This document shows, piece after piece, positions 10,228 to 20,062 of a stretch of DNA of 64,000 nt. The position numbers were made by a program, and so were the translations under genes. The DNA comes from an uncultured Gemmatimonadales bacterium (GTDB taxonomy: Bacteria > Gemmatimonadota > Gemmatimonadetes > Longimicrobiales > Gaopeijiaceae), in NCBI GenBank assembly GCA_963823035.1, contig CAWGKG010000018.1:256001-320000 (forward strand), written 5' to 3'. The notes below the pieces were generated by a model. That model ran no database searches. It saw only the letters and a list, made by a program, of their open reading frames with translations, and was not told the DNA's origin. Each line of letters starts with the position of its first letter. The first letter of the stretch is position 1.

Positions 10228-11202
10228 TCAGCGCACGGGTCCCTCCCTGGCGAGCGCCTCCGGAGGGGACGGGGGGACCGACCTCCGACCCGTTGTGATG
10301 AGGACCACGGAGCCGACGATGACGGCCGCGGCCACCAGCGCGCGGGGCGCCAGGGGCTCGTCCGCCAGCGCCCAGCCGAGGAAGAGCGCCACCGTGGGGT
10401 TCACGTACGCGTACGTCCCGACCCGCGCCGGCGTCGAAACCGTGAGGAGCCAGATGTAGGCCGTGAACGCGATCAGCGCGCCGAAGAAGACCAGGTACAG
10501 GAGGGCGAGGATCGAACGCGCCGAGATCGCCGAGACGTCGAGGTCGGAGAGCTCGCCGGTCAGGAGGGCCACCGGGAGGAGGAAGGCTCCGCCGGCGAGC
10601 ATCTGCATCGCGACCCACATGCGCGGCCGGGGTGGCATGGGCGCGTGCCTCGAGTAGATCGAGCCCGCCGCCCACGCCAGGGATCCCGCGACCACCAGCC
10701 CCGCTCCGAGCAGACCCGCCCCCCCACCGGCCCCGACGTCCGGCGAGCCGACGAGCAGCGCCACGCCCATGAATCCGGCCCCGAGCCCGACGAGGGCGCG
10801 CGGGCCGGGCGAGGTGCGCGAGCCCCACAGCCAGTCGAGGAGGACCATCCAGAGCGGGACCACCGCCACCAGCAGGGCCACCAGCCCGGACGGCACCCAC
10901 TGCTCGGCGAGCACCACGGCCCCGTTGCCCCCCACGAAGAGGAGGCCGCCCACCACCGCCGCGGCCCGCCATTGGGCCCGGGTCGGATGCGCCGCGCCGC
11001 GGGCCCTCGCCCAGGCGTACATGAGCGTGCCCGCCAAGAGGAAGCGCACGGAGGCCATGAGCAGCGGCGGGAGCGTCTCGATGGCGAAACGAATCGCCAG
11101 GTACGTCGAGCCCCACACGACGTACACGGCCGCGAAGGCCGCCACCACCTGTCCCGTGGTGGGCGCGCGGTCGGGCGCCGGGGCGAGGGCGGCGCGAGGC
11201 AT
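10228..11202 (-). CDS. EamA/DMT family permease (YedA-like)
   Basis: VYVVWGSTYLAIR, about 10 TM helices, YAYVNPTVALFLG. Confidence 0.92.
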   Translation of the reverse strand: MPRAALAPAPDRAPTTGQVVAAFAAVYVVWGSTYLAIRFAIETLPPLLMASVRFLLAGTLMYAWARARGAAHPTRAQWRAAAVVGGLLFVGGNGAVVLAEQWVPSGLVALLVAVVPLWMVLLDWLWGSRTSPGPRALVGLGAGFMGVALLVGSPDVGAGGGAGLLGAGLVVAGSLAWAAGSIYSRHAPMPPRPRMWVAMQMLAGGAFLLPVALLTGELSDLDVSAISARSILALLYLVFFGALIAFTAYIWLLTVSTPARVGTYAYVNPTVALFLGWALADEPLAPRALVAAAVIVGSVVLITTGRRSVPPSPPEALAREGPVR

Positions 11203-11269
11203 GGCCGGTAAGCTATCATCCTCGGCAACGGCCGTTCGACCCGAACGTTGCTCCGCGCCTGCGGGCCGC

Positions 11270-12613
11270 TCAGCGCCCTCGCGTGTAGATCAGCAGCACG
11301 CCGTTGCCCGCGCGGGGCGTTCCCCCGTACTGGACGCCGGCCTCGGTACGGGACAGCAGCCGGAAGCGGTCCACCGAGCCGGGGTCGAGGGTGAGCAGGA
11401 CCGTCTCGGCGTCCGCCACACGAACGTCGTTCAGGTAGACCTCGACCATCTGGCAGACGGCGGGGTCGACCGTGGACGTCCGGCTCGTCTCGACGCAGAT
11501 GCCGGGTATCCCCACGCCTCCGTCGCGCTGGAACAGGTCCTCCCGGATCCTCAACCCCGGAACGTTGGCGTTCCGGAGCAGGTCGTCGAATCCGATGGAC
11601 CTCGGCAGGAGCGCGTCGATGGCGGGTCGATCGAGTCCATCGTAGCGCGCGCCCCCACGGACGCGGTCCACCGTGGCACCCCGTACGGAAACCACCATGG
11701 AGTCGAGCGCGACGGCCTCCGGGAAGAGGTCGAGCGTCAGCTCCACGCGGGCTCCGCCCTCCGCATGGAGCTCGGCCACGCGCCTGCCATACCCCAACAG
11801 CTCCACGGCCAGCGCGACCTCGCCGGGCGGCACGCCCCGGAAGGTGAAGCGCCCGTCCTCGCGCGTGAACGTGCCCAAGCGTGTCCCGACGATCTGCACC
11901 GCCGCGTCGGCGAGGGGGCGCCGGGTCCCGGCGTCGCGCACGACACCCTGTAGCTCGGCGGGCTCGGAGACCTGGATGAAGAGGTCCCGAACGCGCACGC
12001 CCCCCTCCTCCGCCCGTAGCGCGAGGGTGCGGCTGCGGTCCGTCCCGAGGCGCGCGCGCAACTCGACGCGGGCCGGCGGGGCGAGGCACAGGAAGTACGA
12101 GCCGTTCCCGGAGGCCCGCGCCGTCTGCGTGCTCGAGCCCCCGGCGTCCGACGCGACTCGGGCGTCCACGGCGGCGGCCGAGAGGGGAACGAGGGTGAGG
12201 AGATCGCGCACCCGCCCCCCGACCAGGGTGCCGCGCCCCTCGCAGAGCGCGTCGAGCACGGTGGCGGGGGAGGCCGTGCCCAGGTGCACCCGCGCGGTAC
12301 GGCCGGCGCCCAGGTCGACCTCCCTCCCCTCGGACGGCATCGCCCAGGCGGGGACCTCGGCGTGGGAGAAGGCGATCCGGTAGCGGCCCGGGGACGCCCG
12401 GAGCGTGAACGTCCCGTCTTCTGCGGTCGTCGCCGCGGCGACCCCGTCGCCGAGCACGACGTCGGCTCCGGCCAGAGGCCGTCCGGCGAGGCTGTCCCAC
12501 ACCGTGCCTGCCACGCGTGCGGCCGCGGCCCCCTCCTGCCCTGCGAGGCGGGTCGTGACGTTCGGCGCCGCCAGCAACGCCGCCGCCATCAGAAGCGCCC
12601 CGGCGCGGCTCAC
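11270..12613 (-). CDS. Secreted protein with repeated carboxypeptidase-regulatory-like domains and a C-terminal TonB plug-like segment
   Basis: Signal peptide; repeats GTVWDS..GRPLAGA, GRVRD...VPLSAA, GVVRD..RRPLADA..T..DGRF; ends with plug-like YG....GNGVLLIYTR; GTG overlaps the upstream TGA. Confidence 0.7.
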   Translation of the reverse strand: MSRAGALLMAAALLAAPNVTTRLAGQEGAAAARVAGTVWDSLAGRPLAGADVVLGDGVAAATTAEDGTFTLRASPGRYRIAFSHAEVPAWAMPSEGREVDLGAGRTARVHLGTASPATVLDALCEGRGTLVGGRVRDLLTLVPLSAAAVDARVASDAGGSSTQTARASGNGSYFLCLAPPARVELRARLGTDRSRTLALRAEEGGVRVRDLFIQVSEPAELQGVVRDAGTRRPLADAAVQIVGTRLGTFTREDGRFTFRGVPPGEVALAVELLGYGRRVAELHAEGGARVELTLDLFPEAVALDSMVVSVRGATVDRVRGGARYDGLDRPAIDALLPRSIGFDDLLRNANVPGLRIREDLFQRDGGVGIPGICVETSRTSTVDPAVCQMVEVYLNDVRVADAETVLLTLDPGSVDRFRLLSRTEAGVQYGGTPRAGNGVLLIYTRGR

Positions 12614-13119
12614 GGAAAGACGTCCCGCCAGGTCTCGAGCCTCGATCCCGCGACCCCGCCGAGCAGGGCGCCGAGGCCACCGAACGCCACCCCCCACCTC
12701 AAGGACACGCCGAGCGCATGGCGGTCGCACCCGTCGAGCACATCGCCGCACGCCTTCGTGCCCAGGAAGAAGCCCGCCATCGCGCCCGCCACCACCCCCA
12801 CCGCAGCCGACTGGAGGGCAACGCTCCGCCACTTCGAGCCGCGTACGGACAGCCCCTCGATCTCATCCAGACCGATCCGCAGCAGGGCGTCCGCGTCCGC
12901 CACCCGTACGGAGTCGCTCTCGAGCCCGAGAAAGAGGCCGTCCTGCACGAAGACGCCGGGTGCGAGCAGTCGGAGGTGCGCCGAATCCCCGAGCGTGGAG
13001 AGCGTCCGCCGCGGCTCGAGGGGCCGCCCCGCCTGCCCTTCGAGGGGCGTTCGCGCACCCGCACCCGCAGCGAGCAGGAGGGACGCGAGGATGAGGCGAC
13101 GGGCAGGCCGTGTTGGCAT
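12610..13119 (-). CDS. Hypothetical secreted/membrane protein with glycine-rich hydrophobic hairpins
   Basis: Signal-like N-terminus, two Gly-rich hydrophobic segments separated by C-x5-C. Confidence 0.6.
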   Translation of the reverse strand: MPTRPARRLILASLLLAAGAGARTPLEGQAGRPLEPRRTLSTLGDSAHLRLLAPGVFVQDGLFLGLESDSVRVADADALLRIGLDEIEGLSVRGSKWRSVALQSAAVGVVAGAMAGFFLGTKACGDVLDGCDRHALGVSLRWGVAFGGLGALLGGVAGSRLETWRDVFP

Positions 13120-13204
13120 GGCTGGGGCTCCGGGCAGGACGGTGACCCCTCATACGGCGGGCGCGTACCCGCCTTTCGCAAGGGTGCGGAGGAGCCGGAG
13201 ACGC

Positions 13205-13940
13205 CTACAGCGCAAGTCTGCGCAACTCCCGGGAGCGGGACCGGCTCGCCATGATCCGCGTGCCGTCGTCCATGACGACGACCATCCGTCCGTCCTCGCT
13301 CGGCTCGAAGATCCGGACGTGGTCGAGGTTCACCAGATGCGAGCGGTGTGCCCGCAGGAAGTGCGGCCCGAGTCCGGACTCGAGCTCCTGGAGCCGCATG
13401 CGCACCAGGTGCTGGCGCTCACCCACGTGCACGACCACGTAGTCCCCGTCGGCCTCGCAGCGGGTGATGCGCTCGACCGGCACCGGCACGATCCCGTCAC
13501 GCTCCGCGCAGGAAGAGGCGGCGGAGATCGTCTCGGGACGAGAGGCGCGCCGTCTCTGCCCACGCCTCCCCCCGGCGCCGACTCGACGAGCGCTCCACCG
13601 CCCGCCCGACGGCCTGGGCGAGGCGCTCGGCGGTGAAGGGCGCGAGAACGTAGTCGACCACGCCCGCCTCGAAAGCGGCCGCGGCGTCACGGTCCGTCGC
13701 CGCGAGGAGGATCACGGCGGCGTCGTGCACGCTCTCCCGGACCACCTCGCGCCATGGAGAGTCAAGTAAGTCTATGTTGATCAACACGATGTCAGGGTTG
13801 ATATCATCCAGAACACGAATACCTTCCCGCCCCCCGCCGACCTCAGCCACGACGTCGATCGTCGTCGCCTGCTCCAGCATCCCGCGGAGCTCCATCCGCT
13901 CGGAGGCCTTCCCACCCACGATCGCGGCTTTCGACCTCAC
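13205..13940 (-). CDS. LytTR-family regulator with degenerate receiver domain; frameshift near 13510-13540
   Basis: Receiver-like N-terminus (AFEAGVVDYVLAPF..ERL..AV) and LytTR domain (EADGDYV, FLRAHRSHLVNL, ASRS); RBS GAGAGG before GTG 13940. Confidence 0.8.
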
Positions 13941-14173
13941 ACAATTTTCCTCTCGTCGGTAAGAACTGCTCCGAGCGCAGCATTCCTCGGAACCGGAAAC
14001 ACCCAGTTCGCGGACGCCATCACCGTTCGTCGATCCAATATAACACTTCACCGTGTAGATTCGACCCTTGACCGACTGGAAACCTCGGCACTCCGGGACG
14101 GCCCGCGATTTGATGCTGATCCCTTGTCGACGCATCGCCCCCGGGCGGTGCCCCGGACCCAGAGGAAACAACC

Positions 14174-14773
14174 GTGACCAACACGCATCTCCATCGCTCG
14201 CAATCACTTGACGCGCTACGGCGCCGCCGTGACGGCTTTACGCTCACGGAGATGCTCTTCGTGCTCATCATCGTCGGGGTCATGACGTCGATGATGACCC
14301 CCCTGTTCCAGCCGGGCCGCTGGCGTGCCGACACTGCCGCGCAGGAGATGGCGATGACGTTGAACGCGACCCAGCGGCTCGCCGTGCTCAGGCAGCACGA
14401 CATCGTGGTCACCTTCGTGACCGCGGACCGGACGCTGCACCTCCTCCAGGACCAGGACAACGACGGTGTCGCCGACACGGGTGAGGAGATGCGCGTCTTC
14501 GAGCTTCCCGAGACGATCGGGTTCGGCACGGCAGGGGCACCCGCGCTGGGGCCGGGAACCGGACCGATCACCTTCGCCTCCGGCGGGGGCGACCCGACGC
14601 TGACGTTCCATCGCAACGGGAGCGTGAGCGCTTCCGGCTACATCTACCTGCGCCCGCTCGTGGGCTCGGTCTCGACAAGCGCGGAAGGGGTGCGCGCGCT
14701 CAGCATCGAGCGCGCCACCGGCGAGATCCGCTGCTTCTCGTACCGCACGGGCGCTTGGGAGGAGTCATGCTGA
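14174..14773 (+). CDS. Type IV minor pilin / pseudopilin, FimT/GspH-like
   Basis: Class III signal RRRRDG|FTLTEML, DQDNDGVADTGE, TFHRNGS, C-terminal TGEIR. Confidence 0.85.
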   Translation: MTNTHLHRSQSLDALRRRRDGFTLTEMLFVLIIVGVMTSMMTPLFQPGRWRADTAAQEMAMTLNATQRLAVLRQHDIVVTFVTADRTLHLLQDQDNDGVADTGEEMRVFELPETIGFGTAGAPALGPGTGPITFASGGGDPTLTFHRNGSVSASGYIYLRPLVGSVSTSAEGVRALSIERATGEIRCFSYRTGAWEESC

Positions 14774-15180
14774 CGCGCGGGCCGACACGCGGGCGGCAAG
14801 ATCGCGACGGCTTCACCCTCGTGGAGGTCGTGGTGGCACTCGTCATCCTGTCGACGGCCGTGCTCGGTCTTGCGGCCACGTCCAGTCGCCTCGCGACCTC
14901 GGCCAACACCGCGGAGCTCCGGGCCCTCGCGCTCGAGGCCGTGGAGGACCGTGTCGCGGAGGCGCGCCTGGATCCGCGCTACAGCGCGCTCGATTCCCTC
15001 TACAGCGGGACCGAGACCGACATCCTCGGAACTTCGATCCCCGGCTACGACCGCACCACTACCATCACCCGCGTCGTCGCGACCAGCCCCCCGCTCGCCT
15101 ACACGCGAATCACGGTGGAGGTCACGGGCCCGTTGCTCACCGAACCCATCCAGCGGCAGATCGTGGTGGCCGCGCCGTGA
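14767..15180 (+). CDS. Type IV minor pilin, PilV/GspI-like
   Basis: Class III signal DRDG|FTLVEVVVALVIL; overlaps the upstream stop. Confidence 0.85.
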   Translation: MLTRGPTRGRQDRDGFTLVEVVVALVILSTAVLGLAATSSRLATSANTAELRALALEAVEDRVAEARLDPRYSALDSLYSGTETDILGTSIPGYDRTTTITRVVATSPPLAYTRITVEVTGPLLTEPIQRQIVVAAP

Positions 15181-15185
15181 TTGCC

Positions 15186-16350
15186 ATGAAGAAGCCAAAC
15201 GGGACCCGCGCCGGCATGACGCTCGTCGAGCTGCGTGGTGGCGCTCACGATCTTCGGCGTCGTCATCTCCACCTCGGTGGCGTTCATGGCGAAGCAGAAC
15301 ACCGCCTTCCAGAACGGCGTCCACCGGCTGGTGACGCTGCGCAACCTGCGCTACGCCATCGGCACGCTGAGCCAGGACCTGGAGACGCTCGGGACCAACG
15401 TGCCCAACGCCCAGCCAACGCTCTTCTACGCCGACGCCGACGTGGTGGCGTTCTCGTCCGACTACGCCACGAACATCGCGCACAACCCGTTCGCGGTGTT
15501 CTACGACCCGGACGCTCCGACCGGGGCAGGTCTCGGCACCGACGGGCGGGTTCTCGATCCCGAACTCGAGCGCGTCGATCCCCGACACGACCTACGAAAT
15601 GGCTCCCGGCATCCGCTCCCCCGCCGAGATCCTGCTCTTCTTCGTCGTCGACGGACACCAGCACGACCCGCACGGACGACTACCGACTCATGCGGCAGGT
15701 CAACGACAATCCGCCGGAGGTCATCGCGCGGAACCTGCTGCGGTCCGGCTCCGACCCCTTCTTCTCCTACGACTATCTCGGTGACGACGGAAGCGGGAAT
15801 CTCCAGCTGATGGCGGTACCGGACAGCCTGATCCCGGTGCGCCACACGCGCGACGTTCCACCTCTCCGCGGCGGACACCGGGGCGTCGGCCCTGGCCGAC
15901 TCGGTGCGTGCGGTCCGCGTCCGCTTCGCGGCCACCAACGGGCTCACGGGTGAGGAAGAGGAGCGTGCCGAGCTGGAGCGCCTCATCGCGCTTCCCAACG
16001 CCGGCTTCGGCGAGCTCGTGACCTGCGGCTCGTCGCCGCTCCTCGGCACGGGCTTGCTCGCCAGCGCGGTCACCCTGCCGAGCGGAGAGCGGGCCGTGGA
16101 CCTCGCCTGGTCGGCGGCGATCGACGAGACCGGCGGCGAGGAGGATGTGGTCGGCTACGTCATCTGGCGTCGCGAGGCCGGCTTCAGCGACTGGGGTGAG
16201 CCCTACCGATCGATCCCGGCCGGCACGGCGCCCTATTCCTATCAGGACGCGGCCGTCGCCGTGGGCACCACCTACGAGTACGCGCTCGCCGCGCAGGACT
16301 GCACACCGAAGCTGTCGAGCCTCGCGGTCTCGGCCACGGTGACTCCATGA
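15186..16350 (+). CDS. PilW/GspJ-like minor pilin with C-terminal fibronectin type III-like domain; several apparent frameshifts
   Basis: RAG|MTLVEL continues as VVALTIFGVV after an extra C near 15234; pieces in ORFs 15235, 15599, 15177 and 15904; Fn3-like VDLAW..VGYVIWR..YQD..V..GTTYEY. Confidence 0.72.
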
Positions 16351-18115
16351 CCCCCCCCGAAGGAGCAACACGCATGGTTTCCGTTTCCCGCGGCCGCGGA
16401 GGCTTCGCGCTCATCACCGTGATGTTGGTGGTGGTGATCGTGGCGCTTCTCGCCACAGGAGCCGCCGTCATCGGCTCGGCCCACACGCTCAGCAACCGCT
16501 ACTACGACCGGCAAAGCCAGCTCGACGCGGTCGCGCTGGAAGGGCTGGAGATGGCGCGCGCCCGCGTCAACGGTGACAAGTCGGTCTATCCGGCCGACGG
16601 CTACACCACCCTCGAGGACGGCGTGGCCGTCAACGACGGCAGCGGCACGCCCATCGCAGGGTGTGAAACGCTGGCTGTACGTCGGACCGACCGGATCGAT
16701 CTCGGGGCAGTACGGCGTGTTCGGCAGCATCGTGGCCGTGGCCCGCGACGCCGGGGGGGGCGTCGTGGTCCGGCGGTCGCAGGTCTTCCAGGAGAGCTTC
16801 GCCAAGTACGCCTATTTCACCGACATCGAGCCCTCGACCATCTCGTTCGGCGGCGGCGACCAGATCTTCGGCCCCGTCCACACCAACGACGACATCAAGA
16901 TCTACTCGTCGGGCGCGACCTTCCACGACGAGACGAGGACCCACGGGATCGTGAGGGACCCTTCGTACGGCGTCTTCAAGAAGGGCTACATCGAGCACGC
17001 GCCGCGCATCGACATGCCGGAGACGGCCGAGCTGACGAAGCTCGAGGCCCAGGCCACCGTGGGGAACACCGCCTTCTACGCCGGCATTCCTTCGAGGGAC
17101 GGCGAGGCCTACCTGCGCATCGAGTTCATGGCCTTCGACCTGGACAGTGACGGCAGCAGGACCGGCGAGAACGAGGGCTTCTTCCGCGTCTACAGGTCGT
17201 CGAACTCCCGCTGGGTCAGCGCGGACATCGACCCGAGCGTGGGCTTCGACGACAGCGAGAACTGCGGCCACTACGAGACGAGCGGAACGTTCAAGAGCGC
17301 GAAGGCCCACCCGAACCCCAACACCAGCGACGACTGGCGCGACGCGCTCACCAGCTCGCGCCGGCGCTGCTACCTCGGCGGAGCCGACTCTCTCTGGGGC
17401 AGCTTCCAGGCCAGCGACGCGCACGGAAGCTACGTCCCGTGGCCCGGCGCGATCCCGGCGGCGGTGGCCACCCGCGCGGACGCGCAGTACCTCTTCCCGC
17501 TGTCGCGGGCCTACAACCCGTCCTTCAAGGGCGTGATCTACGTCGAGGGCAACGTCCTCATCAGCGGCGAGCTGCGCGGCCGCGTCACGCTGGCCGCGAC
17601 GAACCAGATCATCATCGGCGACGACATCACGTACGCGAGCAGCCCCGCGCTCGGCACGTGCGCCGACATCCTGGGGATCTTCAGCGGCGTGGACGTGGTG
17701 GTCGCCGACAACACCATCAATACGCCCCAATCCGCGGACGGCACCTACCGCACCTACGACGATACGCAGAGACGAGTTCATCGACGGGATCGTGCTCGCG
17801 CTCAACAACTTCACGGTCGAGAACTACGCTGCCGGCGACTACTACGCCGAGCCTTGCCAGACCACGCCCCACGGCCGCGGCTGCCTCTACCTCACGGGCG
17901 GCATCATCCAGGACACGCGCGGCGCGGTCGGCACCGTCGGCGGATCCGGCTACGGGGCAGGCTATGTGAAGCGCTACGCCTACGACAAGTGCGGCGCCAC
18001 GGCGCCCCCGCCCTACTTCCCGACCACCGGCCACTTCGTGAAGGGCCAGACCTACATGGTGGATCCGGGCGGGTTCAGCATCGCCGCCTACTTCGCGATG
18101 CTCACCTCCTCCTGA
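16347..18115 (+). CDS. Large PilX/GspK-type pilin-like protein (ComZ/DUF4900-like); frameshifts near 16660 and 17770
   Basis: RGG|FALITVML (no Glu5), ESFAKYAYFTD..GPVHTN, GVIYVEGNVLISG, C-terminal GGIIQ..RG.VG..GY.KRY.YD..PPPYFPTTG. Confidence 0.72.
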
Positions 18116-18162
18116 GCGTCGGCGAGATCGGACGCCGGTGACGGCGTTCCGCCGACGACGAA

Positions 18163-18207
18163 GAGGCCCGGGGCCGAGGGGATCGGCTCCGGGCCTCGTT
18201 TTCTTTT
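18163..18207 (+). terminator. Intrinsic terminator after the pilin operon
   Basis: Hairpin GAGGCCCGGGGCCGA / TCGGCTCCGGGCCTC followed by GTTTTCTTTT. Confidence 0.8.
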
Positions 18208-18223
18208 CGTGGGGGTCGACGCG

Positions 18224-18364
18224 TTACTGCCCGCGCGCCCGCCGGTAGCCGGAGAAGAGGATCAGGACGAGCAGGACCAGGAGGACCGGAAGGGCGAACG
18301 CGAAGACGATGCCCGGACCCACGTGCCGCCAGAGATCCGCCACGAGAGCGAAGGTGGTTCCCAT
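18224..18364 (-). CDS. Small 46-aa single-pass membrane protein (below the ORF-track cutoff)
   Basis: MGTTFALVADLWRHVGPGIVFAFALPVLLVLLVLILFSGYRRARGQ*; AGGAAAG upstream of ATG, GC-rich third codon positions, own candidate promoter. Confidence 0.65.
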   Translation of the reverse strand: MGTTFALVADLWRHVGPGIVFAFALPVLLVLLVLILFSGYRRARGQ

Positions 18365-18437
18365 TGTCTTTCCTACCGTATCATATGATCACGGCCCCGC
18401 AAGCGGGACCGGACGTTGTCGATTTCGGATCAGGTAT

Positions 18438-18466
18438 AGTGTAGGCAAAACGGCCGTCGTGCTGAA
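18438..18466 (-). promoter_or_regulatory. Putative sigma70 promoter for the small membrane protein
   Basis: TTCAGC-17 nt-TACACT. Confidence 0.4.
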
Positions 18467-18523
18467 GTGGGGCGATCCCCGAATCGTGAAGGGAGTTCCC
18501 CGCACGAGGGGTGGTGGACTTCC

Positions 18524-20062
18524 CTACGGGGAATCCCGACGGTCGAGCGGCCGGAACTGGATGGCCTCGAGGGCGTGGCGCGGGCTCCACCTCATCCGCC
18601 CCCTCAAGATCGGCAATCGTGCGGGCGACCTTGAGCACGCGGTGGTAGGCGCGGGCCGAGAGCCCCTGCTGGTCGACCGCGCGTCGGAGCACCGAGGCGG
18701 CACGCCGGTGGATCCGCACGAAGCGGCGCAGGAGCGCCGCGTCCATCTGTCCGTTCGCGTGCACGCCGCACGCCCCGCCGAAGCGCCCCGCCTGGACGGC
18801 GCGTGCGCGGGCCACCCGCTCCCGCACCAGCGCCGTGGGCTCGCCGCGCGTCTCGTCCGCCAGTCGCTCGAAGGGCACCGCCGACACCTCGACGTGCAGG
18901 TCGAGTCGGTCCAGCAGGGGCCCGGAGACGCGCCCCCGATAGCGGGCCACCAGTCGCCGGATCGCACAGGCAGCGATCCGTGCCGTCCCCGTGGTAGCCG
19001 CACGGGCAGGGGTTCATCGCCCCCACCATGAGGAAACGCGCCGGGAAGCGCTCGGAGCCCCGCGCCCGGGCGAGACGCACGGTGCCGTCCTCGAGGGGTT
19101 GGCGGAGCACCTCGAGCACGTTGCGCCGGAACTCGGCCAGCTCGTCGAGGAAGAGCACGCCATGGTGGGCCAGGGAGATCTCCCCCGGGCGGATCGGGGT
19201 CCCGCCCCCGACCATCCCCGCGTCGCTGACCGTGTGATGGGGCGCGCGAAACGGCCGTGCCGTCACCACGGCCTCCCCGGCCGGGAGGCACCCCGCGACC
19301 GAGTGGACCCCCGTGGCCTCGAGCGCCTCCGCGAGCGTCAACGGGGGGAGGATCCCCGGAAGGCGGCGCGCCAGCATCGTCTTCCCCGATCCGGGCGGAC
19401 CGATCATGAGGACGTTGTGCGCCCCGGCCGCGGCGATCTCCAGGGCGCGCTTGGCCCCTTCCTGGCCCTTCACGTCGTGCAGGTCGGGCCCGCCCACCGC
19501 CGGGTCGGGAGAGCAGCGCGTCGACGTCCACGGTGACCGGAGCGAGCGCTCCGCTCCCCTCCAGGTGCGCCGCCACCTCCGCCAGGGAGCGCGCGCCGAA
19601 GACCGTGAGGCCGCCGACGACGCACGCCTCGCGTGCGTTGCCGGCCGGCACGATCAGGGCCCGCACGCCCGACCCGGCGCAGCGCGCCGCGCACGGGAGG
19701 ACGCCGCGCACGGGTCGCAGGGAGCCGTCGAGGCCCAGCTCTCCCAGGAAGGCGGTCCCCTCCAGGCGCTCCGGGTCGAGATGACCCCCGGCCGCGAGCA
19801 GCCCGACCGCAACGGGCAGATCGAAGGCGCTGCCGTCCTTGCGGACGTCCGCGGGGGCCAGGTTGACCGTGATCCGACGCGGCGGGATCGGGCGCCCGAC
19901 GTTGCGCAGCGCCGCGCCGACCCGCTCCCGCCCCTCGCGCACCGCGCCCTCCGCCAGCCCCACCACCGCGAAGGCGGGAAGCCCGGGCGCGAGGTTGACC
20001 TCGACCCGTACGAGGTAGGAGTCCACGCCGCGCACGGCGGCGGTGATGACGTGGGCGAGCAT
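18524..20062 (-). CDS. comM: ComM/YifB Mg-chelatase-like AAA+ ATPase; about 3 apparent frameshifts
   Basis: [96 protein letters not shown]. Confidence 0.9.
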   Translation of the reverse strand: MLAHVITAAVRGVDSYLVRVEVNLAPGLPAFAVVGLAEGAVREGRERVGAALRNVGRPIPPRRITVNLAPADVRKDGSAFDLPVAVGLLAAGGHLDPERLEGTAFLGELGLDGSLRPVRGVLPCAARCAGSGVRALIVPAGNAREACVVGGLTVFGARSLAEVAAHLEGSGALAPVTVDVDALLSRPGGGRARPARREGPGRGQARPGDRRGRGAQRPHDRSARIGEDDAGAPPSGDPPPVDARGGARGHGGPLGRGVPPGRGGRGDGTAVSRAPSHGQRRGDGRGRDPDPPGGDLPGPPWRALPRRAGRVPAQRARGAPPTPRGRHRASRPGAGLRALPGAFPHGGGDEPLPVRLPRGRHGSLPVRSGDWWPAIGGASPGPCWTDSTCTSRCRRCPSSDWRTRRAASPRRWCGSGWPAHAPSRRGASAGRAACTRTDRWTRRSCAASCGSTGVPPRCSDARSTSRGSRPAPTTACSRSPARLPILRGRMRWSPRHALEAIQFRPLDRRDSP

